Shown piece after piece: positions 19,478 to 28,243 of a DNA stretch of 55,658 nt. The notes under the pieces are model-generated. The model did not search any database. It had not been told where the DNA came from and was given only the letters and a program-made list of their open reading frames with translations. Location: IMG/VR virus record IMGVR_UViG_3300009304_000001, positions 1-55,658 of that record; one strand, 5' to 3'. The stretch's first letter is position 1. Every line of letters begins with the position of its first letter. The position numbers and the translations under genes are program-made. The stretch is from a virus. Its lineage: Duplodnaviria > Caudoviricetes.

Positions 19478-19744
19478 TTGAATTGCCTAAAATGCGGAAT
19501 ACCATTTGGTGAAGATGAAGTATTCATGATTAAAGAGGATGAAGTTGAACCAATCTGCGACGGCTGTGATGTATCAGGTGACATATATTTAATTACATAT
19601 AACAAAGAAGAGTTTGCGGTCCAAGCACAAAGTCAAGAAGAATCTCTGAAGAAGTGGGAAGCTTATGTACGATGGATGGAACTTGCTGTGCCGAATGAAA
19701 AACCAACCGTAAAGAAGGTAAAGTATTTCTTGCAATCTGACTAA
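19478..19744 (+). CDS. Moron, small Zn-finger protein
   Basis: CLKC...CDGC; own promoter and terminator. Confidence 0.6.
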   Translation: MNCLKCGIPFGEDEVFMIKEDEVEPICDGCDVSGDIYLITYNKEEFAVQAQSQEESLKKWEAYVRWMELAVPNEKPTVKKVKYFLQSD

Positions 19745-19749
19745 TAAAC

Positions 19750-19798
19750 AAAAGGCGTCACTCGTGAGGATTTAATCTCACTGAGTGGCGCCTTTTTT
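19750..19798 (+). terminator. Intrinsic (possibly bidirectional) terminator at the end of prophage A
   Basis: AAAAGGCGTCACTC...GAGTGGCGCCTTTTTT. Confidence 0.8.
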
Positions 19799-19810
19799 AT
19801 TTGTATTTCC

Positions 19811-20017
19811 GTGGCATGATTATCGGCATGATTTAACTTAATTTATACGCTAAATAAGGTTTTCTGTATTAGTGTAAAACGTGCATAACATGCGTATAAG
19901 TTAACTTGTTAATGCGGTCATGATACTCTTAATAGACTCCCACCGTCTCCATTATATGCCGCTAACCGTTGACTCAACAGCGGTTGTAAAACAGTGGCAT
20001 AGTAATGGCATGATTTT
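19811..20017. other. attP-like junction: core GACTCCCACCGTCTCCAT (19935-19952, tmRNA 3' end) flanked by arm-type repeats
   Basis: Core matches the Bacillus ssrA 3' end as recalled; GGCATGATT at 19813, 19825 and 20007, variant at 19996; adjacent to integrase stop. Confidence 0.8.
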
Positions 20018-20021
20018 AGCT

Positions 20022-21101
20022 TTATTTCGTTTCAAACTGTATAATTTGAGTAGGCTTGAAGTCGTCCTCCATCCGGAGCACGGCTTCTTTTTCTGTTGTC
20101 GGATATAAATGGCTGTACGTGTTTAATGTAGTTGCAACATCGCTGTGCCCAAGTCTCGCGGCAACGACTGAAATAATGGTATCCCTATTTATTAAATACG
20201 ATGCGTGCGAATGTCTGAAATCATGCAGCCGTATTCGCTTCACTCCAGACGCCTTGATATATTTATCATAGGCTCTATCAAGCGTTGACGTGGGAATGCT
20301 TTCAGTAAATTCACCGAAGACAACATATGTCATTTTAGGCTTAGCATTTGTTTTCAAACGGTCCAACAATCGCATTACGTGATTCGGCATATATAACTTA
20401 CGCCTTGATGCCGGGGTTTTTGGAGTTGTCACTATTCGATTGTATTCGGTTTTATCCACATTGATTGTATTGCTTTCGAAATCAACATCTCCCCAAGTGA
20501 GCGCGAGCAATTCACCCTTCCGCATACCACTATAGTAGAGTGTCATAAACAATGCGTAATATAACGGATCATCAACATGCTTGATAAACTCTTTAAATTC
20601 ATCTAATATCCAGTAATTCATATGCTTATCCTCTTCCATATCCACATTACCGGCAATAGTTGCTGGATTATCTTTCGCATATTCCTGTCTGATCGCAAAT
20701 TTAAACGTTTGGCCCAACACCGTGTGAAGCTTTTTAACGTGAGAAGCGGCGTAAAGATCTATTATATCGTCTTGATAACGTGTCACATCACGGGATCTTA
20801 TAGCTGTTATGGCCTTATCTCCAAATTCGGGAATAAGGTGGACCCGAAGTATGCTTTCTATTTTGTTATAAGATGATTTCTTCCGCCTTTTTTCATACCA
20901 CCTTAAATATTCTTTCGCTACATACTCAAATGAAACCCCGTCATGCATCGCTACGTTTTCAATCGCTATAGCCTCTGCTTTTAATGCTTGTCCTTCCGTT
21001 TTGAATCCACGTCCTTTAATCTGTCTGGTGTCGCCATTGGGTAACGTGACTGTTTTAGCGTAAAACCATGTGCCTTGTTTTTCGTCTTTATATGCTGGCA
21101 C
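20022..21101 (-). CDS. int: Tyrosine integrase
   Basis: SGMRKGELLAL, TPKT, RLHDFRHSHAS, RLGHSD...YSH; N-terminal arm-binding domain. Confidence 0.95.
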   Translation of the reverse strand: MPAYKDEKQGTWFYAKTVTLPNGDTRQIKGRGFKTEGQALKAEAIAIENVAMHDGVSFEYVAKEYLRWYEKRRKKSSYNKIESILRVHLIPEFGDKAITAIRSRDVTRYQDDIIDLYAASHVKKLHTVLGQTFKFAIRQEYAKDNPATIAGNVDMEEDKHMNYWILDEFKEFIKHVDDPLYYALFMTLYYSGMRKGELLALTWGDVDFESNTINVDKTEYNRIVTTPKTPASRRKLYMPNHVMRLLDRLKTNAKPKMTYVVFGEFTESIPTSTLDRAYDKYIKASGVKRIRLHDFRHSHASYLINRDTIISVVAARLGHSDVATTLNTYSHLYPTTEKEAVLRMEDDFKPTQIIQFETK

Positions 21102-21184
21102 TCACAATCATTCCTTTCTTATTATAGTAAAGAGCAGACAATCCGTATGAGGATGCTGCTCTTTTTTTAATTGCTAGCTAGGAA

Positions 21185-21826
21185 TTAAAGTTCTTGCGTA
21201 AAACGGATTGCTTTTCCAATAATTCGTGCGGGATTATCTTCAGTAATAATGATTGGTTCGTGTGCTCTATTTATTGGCATTAATAAAACTGTATCGCCTT
21301 GACGTGTTACTTTCTTCAACGTAACTTCTGTATCTCCATTTACTAATACCGCCGCTATCTCTCCGTACTCAACTTCACTCTGCTCTCTTATAAGTACGTG
21401 GGAGCCGTTCGGTATTGTTGGTTCCATGCTATCGCCTTTCGCTTCAAGGTAGTAAACTGTGCCGCTTGGTAGCAGGTCTGACGATTCATCACGATAACCG
21501 CTTATGTTTTCTTCAGCTAGTATCGGATCTCCACAGGCGATTATGCCAAGGATTGGAACTCTAACCATTTTCGAAGATGCTTCAATTAGATTTGTTGGCC
21601 TGTGTTCTGTTAAAGCAGAACGCCCAACGTTGAAGTAGTCAGCCATGAGCTGTAGGTTTTTTAATCCTGGATACCTTTTTCCGTTAAGCCAGCTTGAAAC
21701 TGTGGTTTCTGCTATACCTAAATCCCTTGCCATATCCGCTTGCTTAATCCTTTTAAGGTCCAATAAACCTTGAATGTTTTCGGATAAAACTTCTCGTTGG
21801 CGTGTAACTGTTATGTCTTCCTTCAT
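21185..21826 (-). CDS. CI-like repressor (XRE HTH plus LexA/S24 autoprotease)
   Basis: HTH; VPILGIIACG, GDSMEP, VTLKK. Confidence 0.9.
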   Translation of the reverse strand: MKEDITVTRQREVLSENIQGLLDLKRIKQADMARDLGIAETTVSSWLNGKRYPGLKNLQLMADYFNVGRSALTEHRPTNLIEASSKMVRVPILGIIACGDPILAEENISGYRDESSDLLPSGTVYYLEAKGDSMEPTIPNGSHVLIREQSEVEYGEIAAVLVNGDTEVTLKKVTRQGDTVLLMPINRAHEPIIITEDNPARIIGKAIRFTQEL

Positions 21827-21853
21827 TAACAACCCTCCTCTCAACTCTTATAT

Positions 21854-21938
21854 TACACATATAGTGCAGAAATTGCAACACTTATTTAAAGAAATGTGCA
21901 CTTTATGTGTTGACTCTGCACTTAAAGTGTAGTATTGT
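21854..21938. promoter_or_regulatory. Genetic switch: three operators TGCACTWWAWGTGTW and rightward sigma-A promoter
   Basis: Operators at 21854-21868 (reverse), 21897-21911 and 21917-21931; TTGACT-N17-TATTGT at 21910-21938. Confidence 0.75.
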
Positions 21939-21970
21939 TTATATATCGACAAAGAAAGGAGGTTTACTAC

Positions 21971-22180
21971 ATGCAACAACATATGGATTTAAGTTTAAAG
22001 GCGGCTAGAGTCGAAAAAGGTTTTACTCAAGACGCATTAGCTGAAAAGTTAGGCGTATCAAAGAGAACTATAGTTAGCTGGGAAAATGGTGAGGTGGAAA
22101 TTAAGCCTTACGTGATTTACTCCCTAGCTTATGTATTCCAAATGGATTCTGACTTTCTTAGGGTCCCTGATCAAAAGTAA
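21971..22180 (+). CDS. Cro-like XRE regulator
   Basis: LKAARVEKGFTQDALAEKLGVSKRTIVSWENG; AAGGAGG RBS. Confidence 0.85.
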   Translation: MQQHMDLSLKAARVEKGFTQDALAEKLGVSKRTIVSWENGEVEIKPYVIYSLAYVFQMDSDFLRVPDQK

Positions 22181-22195
22181 TTTTTTGTTCTGTAC

Positions 22196-22210
22196 TGCAC
22201 TTTAAGTGTA
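22196..22210. promoter_or_regulatory. Fourth operator downstream of cro
   Basis: TGCACTTTAAGTGTA. Confidence 0.7.
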
Positions 22211-22311
22211 GTTTAGAACTTTAATATACAACCATCAAAGGTTGGCTAGGGAATGGACAAGAAATACCTAACAAAAATCGAATGGCATTCCAATAATTGG
22301 AGGCGTAAATC

Positions 22312-22512
22312 ATGCATCATCATCTATTTATCGCTCGCCGTGAGCGACGACTAAAGCAAAAAGATGTTGCGGCGTTGCTGGACATACACCCAGTCACGTA
22401 TAACAAAAAAGAAAACGGTAAATCAGAATTTGAATTAAAGGAAGCGTTCTTTTTAGCGGAATACTTCGAAACCACTGTCGATAATTTATTTTCCAAGGAT
22501 GTGACGATGTGA
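22312..22512 (+). CDS. XRE HTH regulator
   Basis: LKQKDVAALLDIHPVTYNKKENG. Confidence 0.85.
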   Translation: MHHHLFIARRERRLKQKDVAALLDIHPVTYNKKENGKSEFELKEAFFLAEYFETTVDNLFSKDVTM

Positions 22513-22625
22513 AAGCGGTGAATGAATTCTTTTTCGGTGAAGAACGCATCCATATATCAGATGCAATTTGGTTTTACGGAACGATAGTAACAATTACCGT
22601 CGTTGGATTGATCGTGGTGTTGTGA
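22509..22625 (+). CDS. 38-aa single-TM peptide
   Basis: Overlapping GTG start; AIWFYGTIVTITVVGLIVVL. Confidence 0.45.
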   Translation: MKAVNEFFFGEERIHISDAIWFYGTIVTITVVGLIVVL

Positions 22626-22647
22626 AATTAAGGATTGAGGTGTACTC

Positions 22648-22740
22648 GTGGTTACGAAACAATACAGTATTTTAATGGGAAGTTTGATAGGTGCGTGTTA
22701 TGTCGCTTTAATTGTTATCGCATTTATTGAAAAAATGTGA
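22648..22740 (+). CDS. 30-aa single-TM peptide
   Basis: GAGGTG RBS; SILMGSLIGACYVALIVIAFI. Confidence 0.5.
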   Translation: MVTKQYSILMGSLIGACYVALIVIAFIEKM

Positions 22741-22755
22741 GGGGAGGTTTCATAG

Positions 22756-22971
22756 GTGAATGAAGATCACTATCAAAGAGTACTTGCACACTTACCAACA
22801 TGGCGACCGACGCGGATCAATCCGAAGTTTGTCACATCGAACATCATGGATATAACGGATGTGGAAGCGATTAAAAGCGGCAAGCGGAACATTGTTGGAT
22901 TCAAAGAAGCGTATGAGATTTATGAACGGTTGAAGAAGGAAAATAAATTACCGGAAGGCGGGAGGAAATGA
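22756..22971 (+). CDS. Hypothetical early protein
   Basis: GGGGAGG RBS; coupled to next gene. Confidence 0.6.
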   Translation: MNEDHYQRVLAHLPTWRPTRINPKFVTSNIMDITDVEAIKSGKRNIVGFKEAYEIYERLKKENKLPEGGRK

Positions 22972-23243
22972 CAAGAAAATTACCTGTTGGTGTGCATGAT
23001 TCAAAAGGTGGTGGATTTCGATCGATTATCACAGTTAACGGAAAACAGTTTCATCTTGGTGTGTTCGATGATGTCGAAACGGCTGCCATGGTCCGGAAAC
23101 AATCTAAAAAAATGACTGACGAGTTAATAAGCAGGTTGGGTAAAACCGAATTTATTGAGGTTCCAGTACCCGAATATATTATTGTGGCGCGTCCATCGAT
23201 TTGGAGTCGATTCAAGAAATGGTGGGGGAAAGAGCGTGAGTAA
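22968..23243 (+). CDS. AP2-domain DNA-binding protein
   Basis: GVH...FRSIITVNGKQFHLGVFDDVETAA. Confidence 0.7.
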   Translation: MTRKLPVGVHDSKGGGFRSIITVNGKQFHLGVFDDVETAAMVRKQSKKMTDELISRLGKTEFIEVPVPEYIIVARPSIWSRFKKWWGKERE

Positions 23244-23439
23244 AGAACCTGGAAGCATTCTAAAAATCAAGCTTTCAAACGGCAAGGAAGAAATACACCA
23301 TAAAAACATTGCGGATCAACTCTATGAATCTTTCATGAACGGACTAGATGAATACTACTTTAGCTTTCATGATGAAAACTTGTCTATCCATTACCAACGC
23401 GGATATGTAAGTAAAATAATTTACCTTCGGGAAAGATGA
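23236..23439 (+). CDS. Hypothetical protein
   Basis: Overlapping GTG start with G-rich RBS. Confidence 0.5.
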   Translation: MSKEPGSILKIKLSNGKEEIHHKNIADQLYESFMNGLDEYYFSFHDENLSIHYQRGYVSKIIYLRER

Positions 23440-23522
23440 AAAGCCACTCTGCAAAGTGGCTAATCTAAAATACTAACATCGTCATTATAACACGAATGAC
23501 ACAACGGTAAGGAGGAAAAAGT

Positions 23523-24374
23523 ATGTCAAACAACATTATAAGAGTCGAAAAGAACTCTAATTACGTTGTGATGAATCGGACAGCTCTACAGGATAAAAAC
23601 TTGAGTTGGAAAGCGAAAGGTATTATGGCTCACATGCTATCGATGCCAGATGATTGGGTGTTCTACATGAGCGAGATATTAAAGTATTCGACCGATGGAG
23701 AAGCGTCGTTTAGATCTGGATTCAAAGAATTAACTGATAGAGGCTATGTAAAACGGTTTCCAGTAAGGGAAGGTAGCCGAATAGTTAGTTGGAAAACGGT
23801 TGTTTATGAAAGTCCTCTACTTAGCGGTTTTCAACAAGTAGAGAACCTAGATGTAGGAAGTCAAGAAGTAGAAAGTCTAGATGTAGATAATCGCAAGCTA
23901 CTAAGTACTGATCTTGAACTAAGTACTGAAAGTGAACTAAGTAATGATAAAACTAATTCTTTTCGTGGTCTGTACGACCACTACTTAACCAAAGGTATTG
24001 TAATTCACAATAAAGTTACAGGGCCTATGAAATCAGCAGCTAATGCAAGAATGAAAGATTACTCGTACGAACAATTAGTACAAGCCATTGATAACTACGC
24101 AGTAATCTATAACGGTGATAAATATTGGTTTAACACTAAATATGGATTTGCAGACTTAATGAGAGATAAAGATATTCGAAAATTCATTGACGATGCAGAT
24201 CCCTTTACTAACTTCGCACAAAATGACATATGGAAACGAGGCGGAAGCAATGGAATCGATAGGCGAGGTAATCCAAAAGATGATGCAGTCAAATCCAAAG
24301 TTGAGACAACGAATGAAAGACGCAAAAGAATCGCTGGAATCGAACCCTATAGAAATCCTGACGACCCCATCTGA
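23523..24374 (+). CDS. Replication initiator / replisome organizer
   Basis: NLSWKAKGIMAHMLSMPDDW winged-HTH N-terminus; internal iterons; upstream of loader. Confidence 0.85.
   Translation: MSNNIIRVEKNSNYVVMNRTALQDKNLSWKAKGIMAHMLSMPDDWVFYMSEILKYSTDGEASFRSGFKELTDRGYVKRFPVREGSRIVSWKTVVYESPLLSGFQQVENLDVGSQEVESLDVDNRKLLSTDLELSTESELSNDKTNSFRGLYDHYLTKGIVIHNKVTGPMKSAANARMKDYSYEQLVQAIDNYAVIYNGDKYWFNTKYGFADLMRDKDIRKFIDDADPFTNFAQNDIWKRGGSNGIDRRGNPKDDAVKSKVETTNERRKRIAGIEPYRNPDDPI
23831..23947. repeat. Iteron-like repeats, putative replication origin
   Basis: 30-bp period TCAASAAGTAGA..CTAGATGTAG x2; 18-bp period ACTAAGTAMTGA x3 (23900, 23918, 23936). Confidence 0.65.
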
Positions 24375-25185
24375 CAAGTGTCCGTATCATAAGTGCGACG
24401 GGAAAGGCTGGATTTGGATTAAGGATTGGTCGTTGAGAGGGAACAAAGACAAGTTCGATGATAGTGGCTCGCTATTAAAAGATGAATGGCTGGAGCAATG
24501 CGATTGTCTTGAGCAACTAGTAAAACAGCGAGAGATAGACAGGATACTAGACTTGTCGAATGTGCCGCCGGTCTTTCATAACTCAACTGTAGCCTCGTAT
24601 CGTGTCGAGAAATACAAAACAGAAGAAAGTCGTCAGATAGCCCAAATAGCTAAACTAGCTGCAGGTAACTATGTAACTAATTTTGAAGCGATAAAAGAGA
24701 GTGGAAAAGGATTATATCTTTACAGCGATATTAAAGGTTCAGGAAAGACCAGGTTAGCTTCCAGTATTGCTAACGCACTGGTAAAGGTTCACGGTGCGGA
24801 TCTAGCGTTCATAAAATCAGCTGACATAATCGCACAAGTTCAAAACACGTTCAACAAGGATGCAACAACAACTAGACGTGACGTTATCGCAACATTTAGA
24901 GAAGTAGAGTTGCTGATTATAGATGATTTGGCAATAAAAGATGCAACTGTATTTGAAGAAGGCATACTTTACGACATTCTAGATTATCGAATGGAAAACA
25001 ATAAACTAACAATCTTCACGTCTAACGTAACTATAGAAGAGTTAGAGAAAACCTATCCCGGCGGCCGTGTAAATAAGCGTGTCAACAAAATGGCCATACA
25101 GATAAATCTTCCAGAAGAGTCAATAAGGGACGATGAGGCGGAGTCGGAAAACGAAGAGCTCGAAAAGATTCTGTTTAAAAAATAA
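24250..25185 (+). CDS. DnaC/IstB-like helicase loader ATPase
   Basis: Walker A GSGKT, Walker B LLIIDD, TIFTSN; Cys-rich N-terminus. Confidence 0.85.
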   Translation: MESIGEVIQKMMQSNPKLRQRMKDAKESLESNPIEILTTPSDKCPYHKCDGKGWIWIKDWSLRGNKDKFDDSGSLLKDEWLEQCDCLEQLVKQREIDRILDLSNVPPVFHNSTVASYRVEKYKTEESRQIAQIAKLAAGNYVTNFEAIKESGKGLYLYSDIKGSGKTRLASSIANALVKVHGADLAFIKSADIIAQVQNTFNKDATTTRRDVIATFREVELLIIDDLAIKDATVFEEGILYDILDYRMENNKLTIFTSNVTIEELEKTYPGGRVNKRVNKMAIQINLPEESIRDDEAESENEELEKILFKK

Positions 25186-25191
25186 GAAGGG

Positions 25192-25635
25192 GTGATGGCC
25201 ATCACTATCGGCTACAGTAAGGCGCAACAAATTGGAAAACGTTTTATACCAAAACAAAAAGACCGTACCAAAATCACGAAAAAGGAATATGACAAGGCTA
25301 TTGAAGAATTTGGCTCACGTTGTCATTGTGGCGCAACAAATATCGAAATGCATCACATTAAATTACGTTCCGACAGCGGAAAAGGTACATACAGAAACCT
25401 AATACCGTTATGCGGAGCTCACCACAGGCTAACTCATACCAGCAACCAACTGTTACAAGGTTATCAAAACATGCGTATAACAGCATACGGAGAATATTAC
25501 TGGTGCGACAAATACGATTTATTCAAATTAGGACTGATTGAAGATCCTAACGAAGAAGAATTTGAAGCCTTTATGAAGTGTCAAGAATATGGCGAAGTAG
25601 AAATAATTGAACCGACACACAAATTCCCATTTTGA
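25192..25635 (+). CDS. HNH endonuclease
   Basis: CHCG...EMHHI...NLIPLCGAHH. Confidence 0.75.
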   Translation: MMAITIGYSKAQQIGKRFIPKQKDRTKITKKEYDKAIEEFGSRCHCGATNIEMHHIKLRSDSGKGTYRNLIPLCGAHHRLTHTSNQLLQGYQNMRITAYGEYYWCDKYDLFKLGLIEDPNEEEFEAFMKCQEYGEVEIIEPTHKFPF

Positions 25636-25654
25636 GAAAGGTTGAGGACAAGCA

Positions 25655-26095
25655 ATGGCAATAAATAATGTAGTACTGGTAGGTCGAATGACAAAGGATC
25701 CTGAACTTAAATACACGCAAGGCGGTGTAGCGGTCACTCGTTTCACGCTTGCAGTAAATAGGCCATTCACTAACCAACAAGGTCAACGAGAAGCTGACTT
25801 CGTGAATTGTGTAACTTGGAGGAAACAGGCGGAGAATACAGCGAACTTTTTAAGGAAAGGCAGTCTTGCTGGAATTGAAGGCCGAATACAAACGAGTAAC
25901 TTCGAAGGTAAGGACGGGAATCGTGTATTCATGACTGAGGTTGTTGTGGAATCAGTGCAATTCCTTGAACCTAAAAAAGATAATCAGTCGCCATCGCCTA
26001 ATGTGCCACCGCAAAATGACCAACAGTACAGCAATCAAAATAATCAGCAGCCAAACGAGCCAATGACAGTAAGCGATGATGATCTGCCATTTTAG
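25655..26095 (+). CDS. ssb: Single-stranded DNA-binding protein
   Basis: [16 protein letters not shown]...DDDLPF. Confidence 0.95.
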   Translation: MAINNVVLVGRMTKDPELKYTQGGVAVTRFTLAVNRPFTNQQGQREADFVNCVTWRKQAENTANFLRKGSLAGIEGRIQTSNFEGKDGNRVFMTEVVVESVQFLEPKKDNQSPSPNVPPQNDQQYSNQNNQQPNEPMTVSDDDLPF

Positions 26096-26138
26096 CTCCT
26101 GATATTAAAGACATAAATTAAGAAAGCGAGCGGTCAGA

Positions 26139-26813
26139 ATGGAGAAGTTAATAAATGGCGTACTTCTTACGAGGGAAACTGTCCTCGTTGAGCACGAAGG
26201 CTTGGTTCATGTGCAGTGTCGAAAATTAAAACACTGGGCAAAATCACTTGGTCACGATTACGAAGATATTGAATCGGTTGGAAACATTGGGTTGATTAAC
26301 GCATTTGATCGATTCGACAGCGTTGGGTATGATAATCGGTTTTCAACATTCGCAACACCGCAGATATGGGGAGAAATTCAAAAGTATCTATCGCATAGCG
26401 ACGATGGCATCCGTTATACAAGAAACATTAAGGAAACGGCTCACAAAATCAAAAGGTTGGAACTAGAAGACTTATCCGTTGATGAAATTGCGAAGGAACT
26501 GAAAGTAACGGTGGGCAGAGTTGGTTGGGCGTTAGATTACCTCAAAAATGGTAGTCCGGCACGTTTAGATAAATTAATAGGTGACGAGGAAAACGAGTTT
26601 TCAGGATTGTTTGGTGCACCAGACGACAAAACAGGGATATACGTAAGTGAATTTTTGAACACGCTTTCTACCCTAGAGAGGGATATAACAATTCAGTTAA
26701 TGGCAGGTGTTAGCGGTAGTGACATTGCTAGAATGCGTGGGTGTGGAGCTAACCATGTGGGAAATGTACGTAAGAGAGTAAGAGAGAAATACGGTGTTTA
26801 CTCTAATCTATGA
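26139..26813 (+). CDS. Phage-encoded sigma-70 family factor (SigF/G/B-like)
   Basis: EDIESVGNIGLINAFDRFD...FSTFATPQIWGEIQKY; region-4 HTH. Confidence 0.8.
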   Translation: MEKLINGVLLTRETVLVEHEGLVHVQCRKLKHWAKSLGHDYEDIESVGNIGLINAFDRFDSVGYDNRFSTFATPQIWGEIQKYLSHSDDGIRYTRNIKETAHKIKRLELEDLSVDEIAKELKVTVGRVGWALDYLKNGSPARLDKLIGDEENEFSGLFGAPDDKTGIYVSEFLNTLSTLERDITIQLMAGVSGSDIARMRGCGANHVGNVRKRVREKYGVYSNL

Positions 26814-26835
26814 AACTTTGAAAGAGGGATGACAA

Positions 26836-27006
26836 ATGGAAAGACATCTTATTAATCAGTTGGTGCTTGCCGCCCGTCAGTGTCAACAATTCGGCGGTAA
26901 AAAATACGAATTACAGTTTGAATCGTTTTTGAATCAATTACAGATGCTCACTAGAACAAGCCGTGAAGAAGCGGTGGATCTTGTAGTTGCAGATTTAGGA
27001 GGGTGA
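26836..27006 (+). CDS. Small hypothetical protein
   Basis: GAGGG RBS; MERHLINQLVLAARQ... Confidence 0.5.
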   Translation: MERHLINQLVLAARQCQQFGGKKYELQFESFLNQLQMLTRTSREEAVDLVVADLGG

Positions 27007-27010
27007 GCGA

Positions 27011-27226
27011 TTGAGTTTTTACATCTATGAAACTCAATTCAATTCGAAACCGGAACGTCAATGTATCGAATGTGAAGCGGTCATGTTTGAAGGATACATC
27101 GAAGAAGAATCAGGACGTACCTGGTGCGATGATTCTTGCTTGCGAAAGGTATTCACGAAACAAGAACAGGAAGAAGCCTATAACGAAGAGGGCGGCGGTC
27201 TTTATTGGACTGTATGGGACGACTGA
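27011..27226 (+). CDS. Small Cys-rich protein
   Basis: CIEC...CDDSC; GGAGGG RBS. Confidence 0.55.
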   Translation: MSFYIYETQFNSKPERQCIECEAVMFEGYIEEESGRTWCDDSCLRKVFTKQEQEEAYNEEGGGLYWTVWDD

Positions 27227-27378
27227 AGGGAGGGACAAGCGATGAAAATTAAAACTGTAGGCATTTGCGCTAATCCAACATGCGAAAAGTCTATATTCAA
27301 AGGCAATCGAATTTGGAGAAAAGGGTCTGATCAGTATTGTCATAGCAAATGTCTAATTACTTCATTCGGAAAAGTTAA

Positions 27379-27798
27379 GTGAGTAAAGAAATTGAAAACT
27401 ATGAAAATGCACATGCCAAATACATTCGAGAAATACAAGAACTGGACAATCGAATGGATAGCCTATCACCCTATGAAATCGCAAAACTAGAATATGTCTA
27501 CACCAAAGCGGAGCGGCAAGCCTGGGTGATTACCGCCTATCATAAAAAGAATCAAAAATACTATGAAGGCATGGCAGAGATTAAGCAGGGACAAGCCTAT
27601 CAACAAGCTAGAAACGCAGGTAAATCCGGAACTGATGCTCAATACCTAAGCCGCATTACAAAAGGTGAAATGTTATGTAAGGCATCAATTCATGAAGGCG
27701 ATTATGTTTCATGGCGAGGGATTGCTCAAACATACGAAAGGGCTGCACATGCGCTGAAAGATGTCATGAAAGCCATTGAAGCGCAAGGTGGCCATTAA
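27379..27798 (+). CDS. Helical hypothetical protein
   Basis: ORF in early operon. Confidence 0.6.
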   Translation: MSKEIENYENAHAKYIREIQELDNRMDSLSPYEIAKLEYVYTKAERQAWVITAYHKKNQKYYEGMAEIKQGQAYQQARNAGKSGTDAQYLSRITKGEMLCKASIHEGDYVSWRGIAQTYERAAHALKDVMKAIEAQGGH

Positions 27799-27806
27799 AA
27801 AGAAGG

Positions 27807-28217
27807 GTGGAAAATCAGATGAACATGATTAAATTATCGGAATTTGCAGGGGGAGCAGTTGATGAACGTTTCAACATCGAACTAAAAGAGGTGTTGGAAA
27901 ACATGCAGGACCTAAACACTGATCCACTCAAAAACAGGTCGATAACGTTGAAAATAACACTCAAAGGGAACGCAGACAGAAACTTATCAAGTGTACTCGT
28001 AGATGCGAAAAGCACCATTGTTCCAGCAGACGGGATTTCAGCTACTTTAATATTAGATCGTGACGAAAAAGGAAGTCCAGTGGCGGCAGAGTTGAAGAGC
28101 GGTATACCTGGTCAATCGTTCATTAGTGATAGCGGAGAAATACTAGACGACAAAGGCCAGACAGTAATGACGGAAGAGGAAATAAGGCAAGCAACAAAAT
28201 TGGTTAACTTTAAATAA
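27807..28217 (+). CDS. Conserved phage protein (often annotated replication terminator; YfdP-like)
   Basis: AGGAVDERF...VLENMQDLNTD...RSITLKITL. Confidence 0.6.
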   Translation: MENQMNMIKLSEFAGGAVDERFNIELKEVLENMQDLNTDPLKNRSITLKITLKGNADRNLSSVLVDAKSTIVPADGISATLILDRDEKGSPVAAELKSGIPGQSFISDSGEILDDKGQTVMTEEEIRQATKLVNFK

Positions 28218-28243
28218 ACTAAAAACAGAAATGGGGAAATTAC

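Larger units (their letters stand above)
1..19952 (+). mobile_element. Prophage A, right part (tail, lysis, accessory region) up to the att core
   Basis: Siphovirus tail-lysis gene order ending at an ssrA-3'-end core with arm-type repeats. Confidence 0.85.

Noticed and set aside
19935-19952. Intact tmRNA or tRNA gene
   Set aside because: Only the last ~18 nt are present; upstream lacks the GGTTC T-arm and the rest of ssrA
21101-22312. Arbitrium (aimR/aimP) or ImmA anti-repressor system
   Set aside because: No TPR receptor, secreted peptide or HExxH metalloprotease gene; the repressor carries its own LexA-type autoprotease
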